Origin: Oligoflexales bacterium
GTDB taxonomy: Bacteria > Bdellovibrionota_B > Oligoflexia > Oligoflexales > Bog-1112
DNA length: 31,141 nt
Reading direction: 5' to 3'
NCBI GenBank assembly: GCA_045106415.1
Contig: JBGCEP010000023.1
Location: forward strand, 1 to 31,141
In this document: positions 19,844 through 29,003 of the stretch, in pieces
Numbering within the stretch: the first letter of the stretch is position 1
How the letters are laid out: the number at the start of each line of letters is the position of its first letter
The notes under the pieces: generated by a model
The model's database searches: none
Told to the model about the DNA's origin: nothing
The model's input: only the letters and a program-made list of their open reading frames with translations
Made by a program: the position numbers and the translations under genes

Positions 19844-20395
19844 ATGAATAAAACTTCCTTTTTAAAAACTTTAGAAAGTACTTCTTTTATTTCATTTGCT
19901 GCAGGATACTTCTGGGGTAACCTGCAAATCGCCACAATGGCTCTTATGGCGCACCTTTCTTTATTCACTCTTCTCGCGGTCATTATGCGACATTCTCTTA
20001 ATAACTTACAAAAAGGGTCATGGGTAGCGGTTATGGTTCTCGGTGGAGGAGGAGTCATGCTTCAAGATGATAATCTCATCAAATTAAAAATTACGATTAT
20101 CAATTTTGCTTTATCTTTAAGTCTTTTAGCCAGTCATTTTTATGGAAAGCTCTCTCTCATAGAAAGAGTCTTAAAAGAACACATTGCTGCGCCCACAAAT
20201 CTTCTTAGAAAAATCAACCTTGCAGCAGCGCTTTATTTTTTTCTTACAGGTTTAAGTAACCTCTGGGTCAAAAATTATCTAAGTAATGATGCCTGGGTAC
20301 AATTTAAGCTTTTCGTTCTACCTGGAACAAACATTATATTCCTCATTCTATGCCTGATCGCACTTAAAGAGTGGCTTCCTACTGATAAAAGTTAA
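19844..20395 (+). CDS. yciB: Inner-membrane septation protein A family (YciB/IspZ)
   Basis: 183-aa multi-pass membrane protein; DDNLIKLKITIIN (cf. D..FIKWKPTII) and WVQFKLF (cf. WVNFKVF). Confidence 0.78.
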   Translation: MNKTSFLKTLESTSFISFAAGYFWGNLQIATMALMAHLSLFTLLAVIMRHSLNNLQKGSWVAVMVLGGGGVMLQDDNLIKLKITIINFALSLSLLASHFYGKLSLIERVLKEHIAAPTNLLRKINLAAALYFFLTGLSNLWVKNYLSNDAWVQFKLFVLPGTNIIFLILCLIALKEWLPTDKS

Positions 20396-20427
20396 TTAAT
20401 ATTTAATGCTCAATACTCACATTCATA

Positions 20428-20628
20428 TTAATAATCAGTGAGTATTCGGTTTAATTCTTGACTAGCAAGAGATATTTTACTCAGAATATTCTGTGAAGCC
20501 TCTGTATCCATTCCCATTCCTCTATGTTTTTTCTGCTCACTTAAAAGGTCGAGTTTTAAACCTCTAATCTCTTCTTCTAAAACTGAAACTGCGATTTCAC
20601 AATTTTGCAATACAATCAAAGCAACCAT
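20428..20628 (-). CDS. Small hypothetical helical/coiled-coil protein (66 aa)
   Basis: RBS-like GAGGGA upstream, heptad-like sequence, and a near-consensus sigma28 promoter 55 bp upstream. Confidence 0.55.
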   Translation of the reverse strand: MVALIVLQNCEIAVSVLEEEIRGLKLDLLSEQKKHRGMGMDTEASQNILSKISLASQELNRILTDY

Positions 20629-20683
20629 TCACAACATCCCTCACATACAACATGAAATACGGCAAAATCTTCTGATAATAGAC

Positions 20684-20710
20684 TTATCGGCTCAGCTCTC
20701 TAAGACTTAA
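20684..20710 (-). promoter_or_regulatory. Sigma28-like promoter for ORF 20428..20628
   Basis: Minus strand TTAA(G)-N15-GCCGATAA, with a perfect -10 element. Confidence 0.7.
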
Positions 20711-20909
20711 GAGTTTCTGAAAACTTCAATTATCACAGGAGGTCTCAGTGATCTTTGAAGACTTGACCTTAAAAATTAAAACACGAAGTAGGCAAGGTTC
20801 ATTTTTATTTTTTGAAAAATCGTCAAGAAAAAAGACAAAAGTATTATAATATTGACGAATGTTTCATATCAACTTACCGAATATATGGAATATTTAAACT
20901 CCACTATTT

Positions 20910-20926
20910 TTGGCACTCTTTGTGCA
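20910..20926 (+). promoter_or_regulatory. Sigma54 (RpoN) -24/-12 promoter candidate for the ABC1 kinase gene
   Basis: TTGGCACTCTTTGTGCA has GG-N10-GC with the TGGCAC core and lies about 63 bp before ATG 20989 (RBS AGGAG). Confidence 0.6.
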
Positions 20927-20988
20927 TGATGATAGCACATCATTGTAGAATCAAACTGTAGCCGATGTTATCTTGACCAGGAGCCTGA

Positions 20989-23589
20989 ATGATACATTTA
21001 TCATCAAAACTATTTCTACCTCTTCTCTTATTGGTCTCATGTACCCCTAGAGAAAAAAACAAAACAAGCCGCCTAGAGCTGTCTGAAGAAACTCAACAAT
21101 TAGGCCTGCAGCTTACAGCAAAAGACTTTATAGCAGATGTTGTTGAAGAACTCGGTTCTGATAAAAAAGATGCCGAACTTAAAGTATCATTTGAAAAAGT
21201 TTTACGAAAACACGAAAACACGATTGGGAAAATTTTCGGTCCAAACGACAAATCATACAGCATACAAGATGTGTTAAAGGAGTTTGGCCTCAATGAGGGA
21301 GCTGCTTATCTTAAAGGGAATAAAACGGTTCAAGAAGCCTTAAATGGCGACCTTTCCATCGCTAAAATTATAAAAAACCCAAAACTTGGGATGACTCGTT
21401 TCCAACTCATAATTGCTGACTTTATCCTTGCTGTAAGAAACTTTTTTCAAAAAATAGGATTCACCTTTGCAATTGACCGCATTGATCACCGTATTTTTCA
21501 CGGCGTTGCAAAAAGAGCTCCAGAAATCCGTACAACTTTCAAAAACAAACTTGAATATATACGTAATATTGACAATCTTTCAGAAAACTTAAGTGTCAAA
21601 GAAGAAATATTTGGCATGTTTGATGCAAAACTCATTCCTGAATCCACTTTAAACACACTTGAAAAATTTAGTGTTGGCTACTTTCAATACCTTCCTGATT
21701 CTGAAAAAATCCGCATAGCTTCTTCTTTCTTACGAGCAGATCGCTTAAATGACAAATTTGACTATATGGAAATCGCTCTTAAAAACAGCGGTCCGACACT
21801 CCAAAAAGTTTTCCAATTCATAGGTGACTATATCCCAAAAGATTTAGAAAAAGAACGATCTCGACTTATTGCTGAAGGCATTTCCGAACAAGATATTGAT
21901 AAAAAAATAAAAGATGTTGAACGTCTCAGAGGTGTCATTGAACGTGTGAAATCAGACAAAATGTATCACATCGACAATACCAACCTTGAAGAGATTGTTA
22001 GACTTGCAACCTCAACAGGAAAAACCAGCTATACAGAAAAAGAAACTCGCGATGCTCTCTCATCTCAATCCGCAGATGATTTTATCCGTAAAATTAGTGA
22101 CGAACAGGCCACAAAAAACAAAGTCGATGCTTGGACCGTAAAAGAAATCAAAAGAGTTGCTCAACGTTCCGCAAACTACGATACAAAAGTTCTTATAGGG
22201 AAAGCCCTTTTAGGTACTCAAAACCAAACGTATGAAACAATTGAAGCAGACGAAGAAAGCCAGAAAAATGCTATTACAGCTTACAGTTCTGCTTTTGATG
22301 GTGACCCTATTCTTATTGGTCAAGCCTCTATTGGTCGCACAGCAGGTATTAAAACAAAAGATGGAAACAGCGCAGTTATCAAAATAAAAAGACCTGGTGC
22401 TGACAATAGCTTTAAAAATGAACTCATAGGTTTTGAGAAATCTTTTCCAGCAGCAGACACATCTGCTGAAACAGCTCGAAGATTCATGGGTAAAATCACG
22501 ACTGATGTTGAATTAGAGCTTGATTTCAAAAATGAATCAACAAACTTTCTTGTCGTTGATAAAATCTACAAAAATAAAGGATCCTCAGGAACATTTGAAG
22601 TCACAGACCTCCTCTCTTTCAACACAGAAACAAACCGTTTCGATAAAATAAATGCAGTAGATAAAATCCCAGCACAAAACTCGTCACTTATTGTTATGTC
22701 TAGAGCTTCCGGAGCTGAAATTAATACCTTTGACGGACGTGAATACACCAACTCTAAAGGCGAGACGTTTAAAGGCGCTGAAATCATCGAACTCCGAAAA
22801 CAAGCTGTATCTCAACTCTATGAAACTTGGCTTAAAGAATCTCTTTTTAAAGGCGGAGATTTTCACGCTGATCTACATTCCGGAAATATCTTCTTTGACC
22901 TTGAAAAAGACAAAGAAGGAAAGTCTAAATTCATCCTCACCCTTATTGATTACGGCGCAATGGGCAAGCTCTCTCAAGAACTCCAAGGGCATGCTAAAAT
23001 ATTTGGTCTTGGGTTAAAAAACAACGACACACGCCTTATTCTTTCTGGCCTTTTAAATATCTCTGAAGATCCCATGACAGATAAAGACCTCGATGCTCTC
23101 ACTCAAGACATAAAAACAGCTATGGACAATAAAAATCTTACCCCTATAGCTCGCCAAGAAGAAATCTTAAGAGCTGTAGGAGCCCGCAACGTACAAGTTC
23201 CTTCTGGGTTTCTTCAATTCTTTCGAGGGAGTTCTTTCCTTGAAAAAGAGCTTCAAAACATCAATGGGATCATCAGTGATGATAAAAACGGATATACAAA
23301 TGTGAAGCCTGTTAATATTGCCAACATCCACGCAAATGTTGGTGTTAGCGCAGACAGTCTTTTAAATGTTAATAATTTAAAAACACTCATCGGTCCTGCG
23401 ACAATATCAGGATTTCGATCTTTAAAAAATGCTTTCACAACAGAAAGTCCAGAAAACTTAAAAAATTCTCTACAAAAACTTCGAAACGATATCTATAAAT
23501 CTCGAATCGAAAAAGGTAAAGATAATCAAGACACACGGAACAGATTCAATCAATTTATGGAATCTCAATCAAAAAAAGCAAAACGTTAA
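20989..23589 (+). CDS. ABC1/AarF/UbiB-family atypical kinase with a lipoprotein signal peptide
   Basis: Leader MIHLSSKLFLPLLLLVS-C; motifs GPTLQKVFQ, ASIG, VIKIKRPG, ELDFKNE, FHADLHSGNI, LIDYGAMG in canonical ABC1 order. Confidence 0.85.
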   Translation: MIHLSSKLFLPLLLLVSCTPREKNKTSRLELSEETQQLGLQLTAKDFIADVVEELGSDKKDAELKVSFEKVLRKHENTIGKIFGPNDKSYSIQDVLKEFGLNEGAAYLKGNKTVQEALNGDLSIAKIIKNPKLGMTRFQLIIADFILAVRNFFQKIGFTFAIDRIDHRIFHGVAKRAPEIRTTFKNKLEYIRNIDNLSENLSVKEEIFGMFDAKLIPESTLNTLEKFSVGYFQYLPDSEKIRIASSFLRADRLNDKFDYMEIALKNSGPTLQKVFQFIGDYIPKDLEKERSRLIAEGISEQDIDKKIKDVERLRGVIERVKSDKMYHIDNTNLEEIVRLATSTGKTSYTEKETRDALSSQSADDFIRKISDEQATKNKVDAWTVKEIKRVAQRSANYDTKVLIGKALLGTQNQTYETIEADEESQKNAITAYSSAFDGDPILIGQASIGRTAGIKTKDGNSAVIKIKRPGADNSFKNELIGFEKSFPAADTSAETARRFMGKITTDVELELDFKNESTNFLVVDKIYKNKGSSGTFEVTDLLSFNTETNRFDKINAVDKIPAQNSSLIVMSRASGAEINTFDGREYTNSKGETFKGAEIIELRKQAVSQLYETWLKESLFKGGDFHADLHSGNIFFDLEKDKEGKSKFILTLIDYGAMGKLSQELQGHAKIFGLGLKNNDTRLILSGLLNISEDPMTDKDLDALTQDIKTAMDNKNLTPIARQEEILRAVGARNVQVPSGFLQFFRGSSFLEKELQNINGIISDDKNGYTNVKPVNIANIHANVGVSADSLLNVNNLKTLIGPATISGFRSLKNAFTTESPENLKNSLQKLRNDIYKSRIEKGKDNQDTRNRFNQFMESQSKKAKR

Positions 23590-23646
23590 TCACCCTTTTT
23601 AGAGGATAATAAACCATCACACCCGAATTAAGATGACTCGCAATCT

Positions 23647-23699
23647 AAAAACATGTTTCTTCCTTATGCTAATTCATCATAAGGAAGAAACATGTTTTT
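23647..23699. repeat. Perfect 22-bp inverted repeat with a 9-nt loop; possible terminator or translation-sequestering hairpin
   Basis: AAAAACATGTTTCTTCCTTATG (23647-23668) / CATAAGGAAGAAACATGTTTTT (23678-23699). Confidence 0.85.
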
Positions 23700-23712
23700 T
23701 TAAATTTATAAC

Positions 23713-24228
23713 TTGTACTTTTTCTACTTCTTCAACCTACCTTCGACAATAATCATTCACACCTCTGATCGAGATATTTTCGCAGATCAAAATACACTTG
23801 AAAAGTATGATTATTTTAAAGCGCTGCTTTCTTCTCAAATAACAGAATCGCACACTCTCGAAATCGATTGGCGGACAGATAGTGGAAGCTGTGTCGAAAT
23901 AATCATAAATTATATAAAATACGGATTTATACAAAAAATAGATTTACACACACTTCACATCTGTAGCTTTATTGAGCATAGAAGTTGCTTAGATGGATTT
24001 CTTAACGATTACAAAAAACAATTTCTTATTCACCAACCTATGTTTAAAAACACAACCGAAATAACATTTTTTACAGGGAAATGCATGATGTTCTTAAATC
24101 CTATCTCAAGCCGTCTATTTCACCTTCATTATCATCACCATCTTGATACTGAGATACAAAATGCTGATATTTTTATTCAACACAGCAAACTTAACGATTT
24201 TTTCACAGCAAATCTTTATCAACAATGA
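23713..24228 (+). CDS. BTB/POZ-like domain protein (5' end uncertain, possibly disrupted)
   Basis: TIIIHTSDRDIFADQNTLEKYDYFKALLSSQITESHTLEIDW...VEIIINYIKYG follows the BTB pattern (f.ah...L...S.YF.al.s....Es....I.l......f..il.yiY.G). Confidence 0.62.
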   Translation: MYFFYFFNLPSTIIIHTSDRDIFADQNTLEKYDYFKALLSSQITESHTLEIDWRTDSGSCVEIIINYIKYGFIQKIDLHTLHICSFIEHRSCLDGFLNDYKKQFLIHQPMFKNTTEITFFTGKCMMFLNPISSRLFHLHYHHHLDTEIQNADIFIQHSKLNDFFTANLYQQ

Positions 24229-24407
24229 TCAAATAAAAACTAAAAAGTATCATTTCTTTAAAAGTTCCATTATCAGAATATAAAGTTCGACACACTGAAA
24301 AAACATCATTAACTATACTCATTATGACAATGATAACGCATGACTTTTTCCTAACAGATCACGTTAAAGGCACTTCACGTCACAGCTGGAATATCATAAA
24401 AAAATGC

Positions 24408-26252
24408 TTAACATGTCATCTTTGAAAATAGTTGTGGGAATTTTTTTTGAATCCCATCGAGAACATTAGCGTCTTCAATAAGAAGGGGTGCATGGTGAGG
24501 CTTTACACGCGCATCAATCATCAGTGGGGCTTGACACTCCCAGTGCTTAAAAGACATTTTTGCTTGAAAACCGTAAACATCATGCGATGGATTGGAGCGA
24601 GTAAAAGCAACCCATAAAAAATTGCAAAAATTTCTACTTAAAAAGCACGGGTCTTCCGTAAGAATAATTAAAGGATATGACTCTAGTTTCTCTTGATACA
24701 TAGCAAGCTTCTTGCACAACTCGTCAACATGACCTTGAGCAGAATTATAGTTCACAAAATCTGGAGACTTTACAGCTAAAATACCTGCGCTTACTACTGT
24801 GATCTCAGAGAATTCCTCTCCTAAATCCCACTCCGGTTTTTCTGAGCTCAGCTCTCTTTTCACTGTACCGCTACTTGCTATGATTAATTTTGAGCCACAA
24901 TTTAAACCTTCACCTGAATAATCCAAAGTATCCATTGTTGTTTTAGTATGAAAATGCAAATCTCGACTAAAATCTAAACGCACCAAACAGTCTTGAATGA
25001 AAGCTTCACAATTTTCAATATCAACATTATTTTGTTCGTCACCAATCCATAAATATTTTGCGAGCGAACACTGGTTAAAACCTAAGACAGCACTTGCTTG
25101 AGTAAGAAGCTCTTGGGGCCTTTCTGTTTTGCGGTAAGGAGTATAACGTTCACTTCCTTGTGCAAACAAAAGAGGATGCACACCAGCAGCATCTACAGCA
25201 TGAAGGGCTTTCACCCCAGGCAGTTCTTTTGAAACCATTGGCTTTGTAATGTCATGAATCAGCTCACCAAAAGATGTGTCTTCTTGAGGAGGTCGCCCAA
25301 CAACAGTAAAAGGCCAAATAGCATTCTCTCGAGCGTAAACTTTTTTAACTTTTATCAAAGGAAAATCATGAGTTAAACTATAATAGCCAAGGTGATCACC
25401 AAACGGGCCTTCAGGCTTTTGTTCGTCCCCATGAATTTCACCAAGGATGCAATAATCTGCATCAGCAGAGACAATCCAGCCATCATCTAAAACATATCGA
25501 AACCTTCTATTCGCTAGCATACCCGCAAAAATGAGTTCACTCATTCCTTCTGGCATTGGCATCACAGCTGCAACACTGTGAGCAGGTGGACCACCGACAG
25601 CTATCGTCACTTTCAAGGAGTGTCCGGCTCGAAGAGCTTCTTGGTGGTGAATTCCTATTCCTCGATGAATTTGATAGTGCAGGCCAATTTCTGAATCTTG
25701 AACATAGTCATTTCCTGAGAGTTGGACACGATACATACCCACATTGCACTGCATAGGAGACGCTGTATTTGGCGGTAAACTCATGACTTGTGGCAAAGTC
25801 ACAAAGGCACCTCCATCTAAAGGCCAAGACTTTATTTGAGGAAGATCTGAAATCTGTATCTCATGAGCCATCACAGGTGCTTTTCGGGCTGAAACCTTCT
25901 TGGGTAAAGAGCACAGCCCAGTCACAGGAAGCTTCATAGCTTCAAACGGGTGCTTCCAGGCGTGACGCAAGAAAAAATCTTTAGGATCAGCCTTAAGATG
26001 CACAGCCAACTTTGTTTGTTCAAGACTCTGACGGAATAGATATTGCCAGCGTTTTTTTGTTCCATATAGGTTAGAGACCGCAGAATAACGACTCCCTTTT
26101 ATATTACGAAACCACAAAGCAGGGCCTTGTTGAGCATAAACCTGCCGATGAATAGCAGCCATTTCAAGGTTTGCATCCACTTCTTCAGTAATTTCGAGAA
26201 CCTCCCCTTGAGACTTAAGGTCTTCCAAAACTTGCTGAGTTGACTGATACAA
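24408..26252 (-). CDS. UbiD-family (prFMN-dependent) decarboxylase
   Basis: LPQIKSWPLDGGAFVTLP, NVGMYRVQ, EGPFGDHLGYYS, TVVGRPPQED, DTLDYS; RBS AGGAG before TTG. Confidence 0.92.
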   Translation of the reverse strand: MYQSTQQVLEDLKSQGEVLEITEEVDANLEMAAIHRQVYAQQGPALWFRNIKGSRYSAVSNLYGTKKRWQYLFRQSLEQTKLAVHLKADPKDFFLRHAWKHPFEAMKLPVTGLCSLPKKVSARKAPVMAHEIQISDLPQIKSWPLDGGAFVTLPQVMSLPPNTASPMQCNVGMYRVQLSGNDYVQDSEIGLHYQIHRGIGIHHQEALRAGHSLKVTIAVGGPPAHSVAAVMPMPEGMSELIFAGMLANRRFRYVLDDGWIVSADADYCILGEIHGDEQKPEGPFGDHLGYYSLTHDFPLIKVKKVYARENAIWPFTVVGRPPQEDTSFGELIHDITKPMVSKELPGVKALHAVDAAGVHPLLFAQGSERYTPYRKTERPQELLTQASAVLGFNQCSLAKYLWIGDEQNNVDIENCEAFIQDCLVRLDFSRDLHFHTKTTMDTLDYSGEGLNCGSKLIIASSGTVKRELSSEKPEWDLGEEFSEITVVSAGILAVKSPDFVNYNSAQGHVDELCKKLAMYQEKLESYPLIILTEDPCFLSRNFCNFLWVAFTRSNPSHDVYGFQAKMSFKHWECQAPLMIDARVKPHHAPLLIEDANVLDGIQKKFPQLFSKMTC

Positions 26253-26587
26253 AATGAGTTACTCCTATTCAATATTGAGAGCTTAAACACTCACAGCTCT
26301 CAATGATTTATTCAACACGTCACACCTGAATCTTCTTTAATATTCAGATGATGAACTCTATATCAGACATCAATATGAAGCTAGTTCAAAGCAAAAACAT
26401 CAAAAACACAAAAACTTGCAAATCAACAGCACCACACCTCTCTCAGATAATTTCTAAAACATTATTTACTGATAACAAAAGATGCCAACTTCACACCTTT
26501 GTTTATCACCTTGATTCAAATGTGAAGACGATCAAAACAAACCTTATAAAAAACTGAGCCAAACAGCTCTTACACTCGAATCTTCGT

Positions 26588-26616
26588 TTGACGAGTGCAG
26601 GCTTCATCGCCATAAT
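26588..26616 (+). promoter_or_regulatory. Sigma70 promoter of prfC
   Basis: TTGACG-N17-CATAAT, then RBS AAGGGAGG and ATG 26639. Confidence 0.75.
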
Positions 26617-26638
26617 ACGGACTCGATAAGGAGGCTCC

Positions 26639-28237
26639 ATGGTCACGCAACATACTGCAGCAATACAAAAACGACGAACTTTTGCTATTATTTCCCATCC
26701 TGACTCCGGGAAAACAACAATGACAGAAAAACTCCTCCTCTACGGTGGGGCAATCCAGATGGCTGGTTCAGTCAAAGCAAAACGGTCAAAAAAGTTTGCA
26801 ACCTCTGACTGGATGGAGCTAGAAAAACAAAGAGGGATTTCAGTCACAAGTTCTGTCATGCATTTTCCTTATCAAGATCATGCGATGAATTTAATAGATA
26901 CACCGGGACACGCCGACTTTTCAGAAGATACTTATCGAACGCTAACAGCCGTTGACTCAGCTCTCATGCTTATTGACGCGGCTGCCGGCGTTGAATCACA
27001 AACTCGGAAACTTTTTGAAGTGTGTGCTTTGCGCAAAGTTCCTATTATGACATTCATCAATAAAATGGACCGCGAGGGGCGCGACCCCTTTGAACTCATG
27101 GAAGAAATAGAACAAGTACTAGGAATAGCTACATTTCCAGTGACTTGGCCAGTAGGTATGGGAGACCGATTCAGAGGTGTCTATCATCGCCTACGTCAAG
27201 AGTTCTTTTTATTCGATAGCAAATCAGACAAATCAAAAAAAATAGGTGTCAGCCAACACGGACTGCATGACCCTGCTCTAATTGAAATGATTGGTGAGGA
27301 ACAAGTTGCACAACTGACTGAAGAGCTGGAACTTTTAGATGGAGCTGGAGACGCTTTTAACCGGCAAGCTTACCTTGATGGAAAACTTGCACCTGTTTTT
27401 TTTGGGAGTGCATTAAATAGCTTTGGCGTTGAATCTCTTTTGCAGTGCCTTATTGACATCGCTCCATCTCCACGACCTCGACCAGCTGTGGAAAGAGTCG
27501 TAGAAGCCACAGAATCCAAATTCACTGCTTTTATATTTAAAATTCAAGCCAACATGGATCCATCACACCGAGACCGAGTTGCATTTTTAAGAATTTGTTC
27601 AGGTCGATTTGAACGAGGAATGAAGGCTCACCACGTCCGTGAGGGACGATCCATGAGACTCGGCCGCCCGACTCATTTCTTAGCACAAGACAGAAGCCTC
27701 GTTGATGAGGCCTATGCTGGTGATATCGTTGGGATTCATGACCCAGGACTTTTTCGAATTGGAGATAGTCTTTCTGAAGGTGAAACCATTACATATACAG
27801 GAATACCTGTTTTCGCTCCTGAGCATTTTGTACGAGTTGAACTTGAAGACCCCCTCAAATCAAAACAACTCCACAAAGCTCTCAATCAGCTCTCTGAAGA
27901 GGGCGCTGTTCAGGTCTTTCGTCCTATGCATACAAATAATCAGTACTTAGGCGTTGTCGGCAGCCTACAGATTGACATTGTTCAATATCGTATTCAAGCT
28001 GAGTACGGAGTCAAAGTTAGAATGACCCCTCTACCATACCAAGCCGCTCGCTGGGTACAAGGCAGCGATGAGAAAATCCTCAAAGATTTTGAGAGAAAAA
28101 ACGAACAAAACATATGCTTAGATTCACATGGAAACCCAACACTTCTTCTCGACCACGAGTGGAGGCTTAGATACTACGAAGAGCGCAATCCTGGGATATC
28201 TTTTTCAAGCACTTCTCTTGCTGTCGGGCCAGGATAA
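26639..28237 (+). CDS. prfC: Peptide chain release factor 3
   Basis: RRTFAIISHPDSGKTT, SDWMELEKQRGISV, DTPGHADFSEDTYR, NKMDR, FKIQANMDPSHRDR. Confidence 0.97.
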   Translation: MVTQHTAAIQKRRTFAIISHPDSGKTTMTEKLLLYGGAIQMAGSVKAKRSKKFATSDWMELEKQRGISVTSSVMHFPYQDHAMNLIDTPGHADFSEDTYRTLTAVDSALMLIDAAAGVESQTRKLFEVCALRKVPIMTFINKMDREGRDPFELMEEIEQVLGIATFPVTWPVGMGDRFRGVYHRLRQEFFLFDSKSDKSKKIGVSQHGLHDPALIEMIGEEQVAQLTEELELLDGAGDAFNRQAYLDGKLAPVFFGSALNSFGVESLLQCLIDIAPSPRPRPAVERVVEATESKFTAFIFKIQANMDPSHRDRVAFLRICSGRFERGMKAHHVREGRSMRLGRPTHFLAQDRSLVDEAYAGDIVGIHDPGLFRIGDSLSEGETITYTGIPVFAPEHFVRVELEDPLKSKQLHKALNQLSEEGAVQVFRPMHTNNQYLGVVGSLQIDIVQYRIQAEYGVKVRMTPLPYQAARWVQGSDEKILKDFERKNEQNICLDSHGNPTLLLDHEWRLRYYEERNPGISFSSTSLAVGPG

Positions 28238-28239
28238 TC

Positions 28240-28551
28240 TTAATGGCTGACTTTCTTCATCCTAAGAAGAGAGTCATCAAACCCCCCTTCATACCCACTC
28301 GCTGCTATATTACTTTGTGGAAAAGAGCCGACAGCTTCATCAAAATCCTCAGAAGAAATCATCCCTTTATCATCAAGAATCTGCCGAAGTCCACGCATAG
28401 CTTTACTTAAAGACTCGCTAGCTTCTCTATATGCGCTCATTTCATTGCCTAACCGAAAGACTTCTGTTCCCAGCTCAAGAAGTGTTCTTTCCATTCTCGA
28501 CATCTGCTCATCCATTGACATAGGGTCTCCTGCGACATCTGTGTATTTCAC
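28240..28551 (-). CDS. Hypothetical coiled-coil protein (103 aa)
   Basis: Heptad-rich N-terminal half, then LRQILDDKGMISSEDFDEAV; convergent with prfC with stops 2 bp apart; sigma28-like promoter just upstream. Confidence 0.7.
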   Translation of the reverse strand: MKYTDVAGDPMSMDEQMSRMERTLLELGTEVFRLGNEMSAYREASESLSKAMRGLRQILDDKGMISSEDFDEAVGSFPQSNIAASGYEGGFDDSLLRMKKVSH

Positions 28552-28567
28552 GATTCTCTTATCACTT

Positions 28568-28594
28568 CTATCGGGGAAGGCATCAGAATCTTCA
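28568..28594 (-). promoter_or_regulatory. Sigma28-like promoter for ORF 28240..28551
   Basis: Minus strand TGAA(G)-N15-CCCGATAG. Confidence 0.5.
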
Positions 28595-28936
28595 ATACCA
28601 CTTAGTGTGCCAATTTTCCTGTAAACTCTATGCCTGCTTTAACGTGATAAACTTCATTGAAAGAATCCTCACATTACCAAGAATTTTCATATAGATTTCA
28701 CGAATAAAATTAAATTGTTAAAAATAAAAATACCTATTTTCATATGAAATAAAAACTTTCTCCCGCAGCCTAAGCCTCGGATCATAAAAATAAGAATCAC
28801 CGCAAAAACCCAGTCTTTCTATAACTATTTGTTTTCAAGATGATTATTTTTTTTCACAAAATAATTTAAAAATGTTTTTAACCGCACCCTAAAAAGCCAT
28901 GTAACTATTTATATTTCATATAAAAAATAGATTCAT

Positions 28937-28964
28937 TAAAGCTTCATGATAATTTCCCCGATCA
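28937..28964 (+). promoter_or_regulatory. Sigma28-like promoter for the Vps62-like gene
   Basis: TAAA(G)-N16-CCCGATCA, 40 bp before ATG 29004. Confidence 0.45.
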
Positions 28965-29003
28965 GATGGCCGTGAGATCTAACTACCTCTACCTGGAGTT
29001 TTC

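Noticed and set aside
20961..20968. GCCGATGT as another sigma28 -10 element
   Set aside because: No TAAA-like -35 element at 15-16 nt spacing.
20989..26252. ubiB-ubiD quinone biosynthesis cluster
   Set aside because: The genes are convergent, separated by the BTB ORF, and the kinase has an export signal; proximity is probably coincidental.
26348..26557. 69-aa ORF between the ubiD-like gene and prfC
   Set aside because: AT-rich, no RBS or motif, and lies in a divergent promoter region.
28598..28613. Minus-strand TTGGCACACTAAGTGG as a sigma54 promoter
   Set aside because: The -12 dinucleotide is GG rather than the conserved GC.
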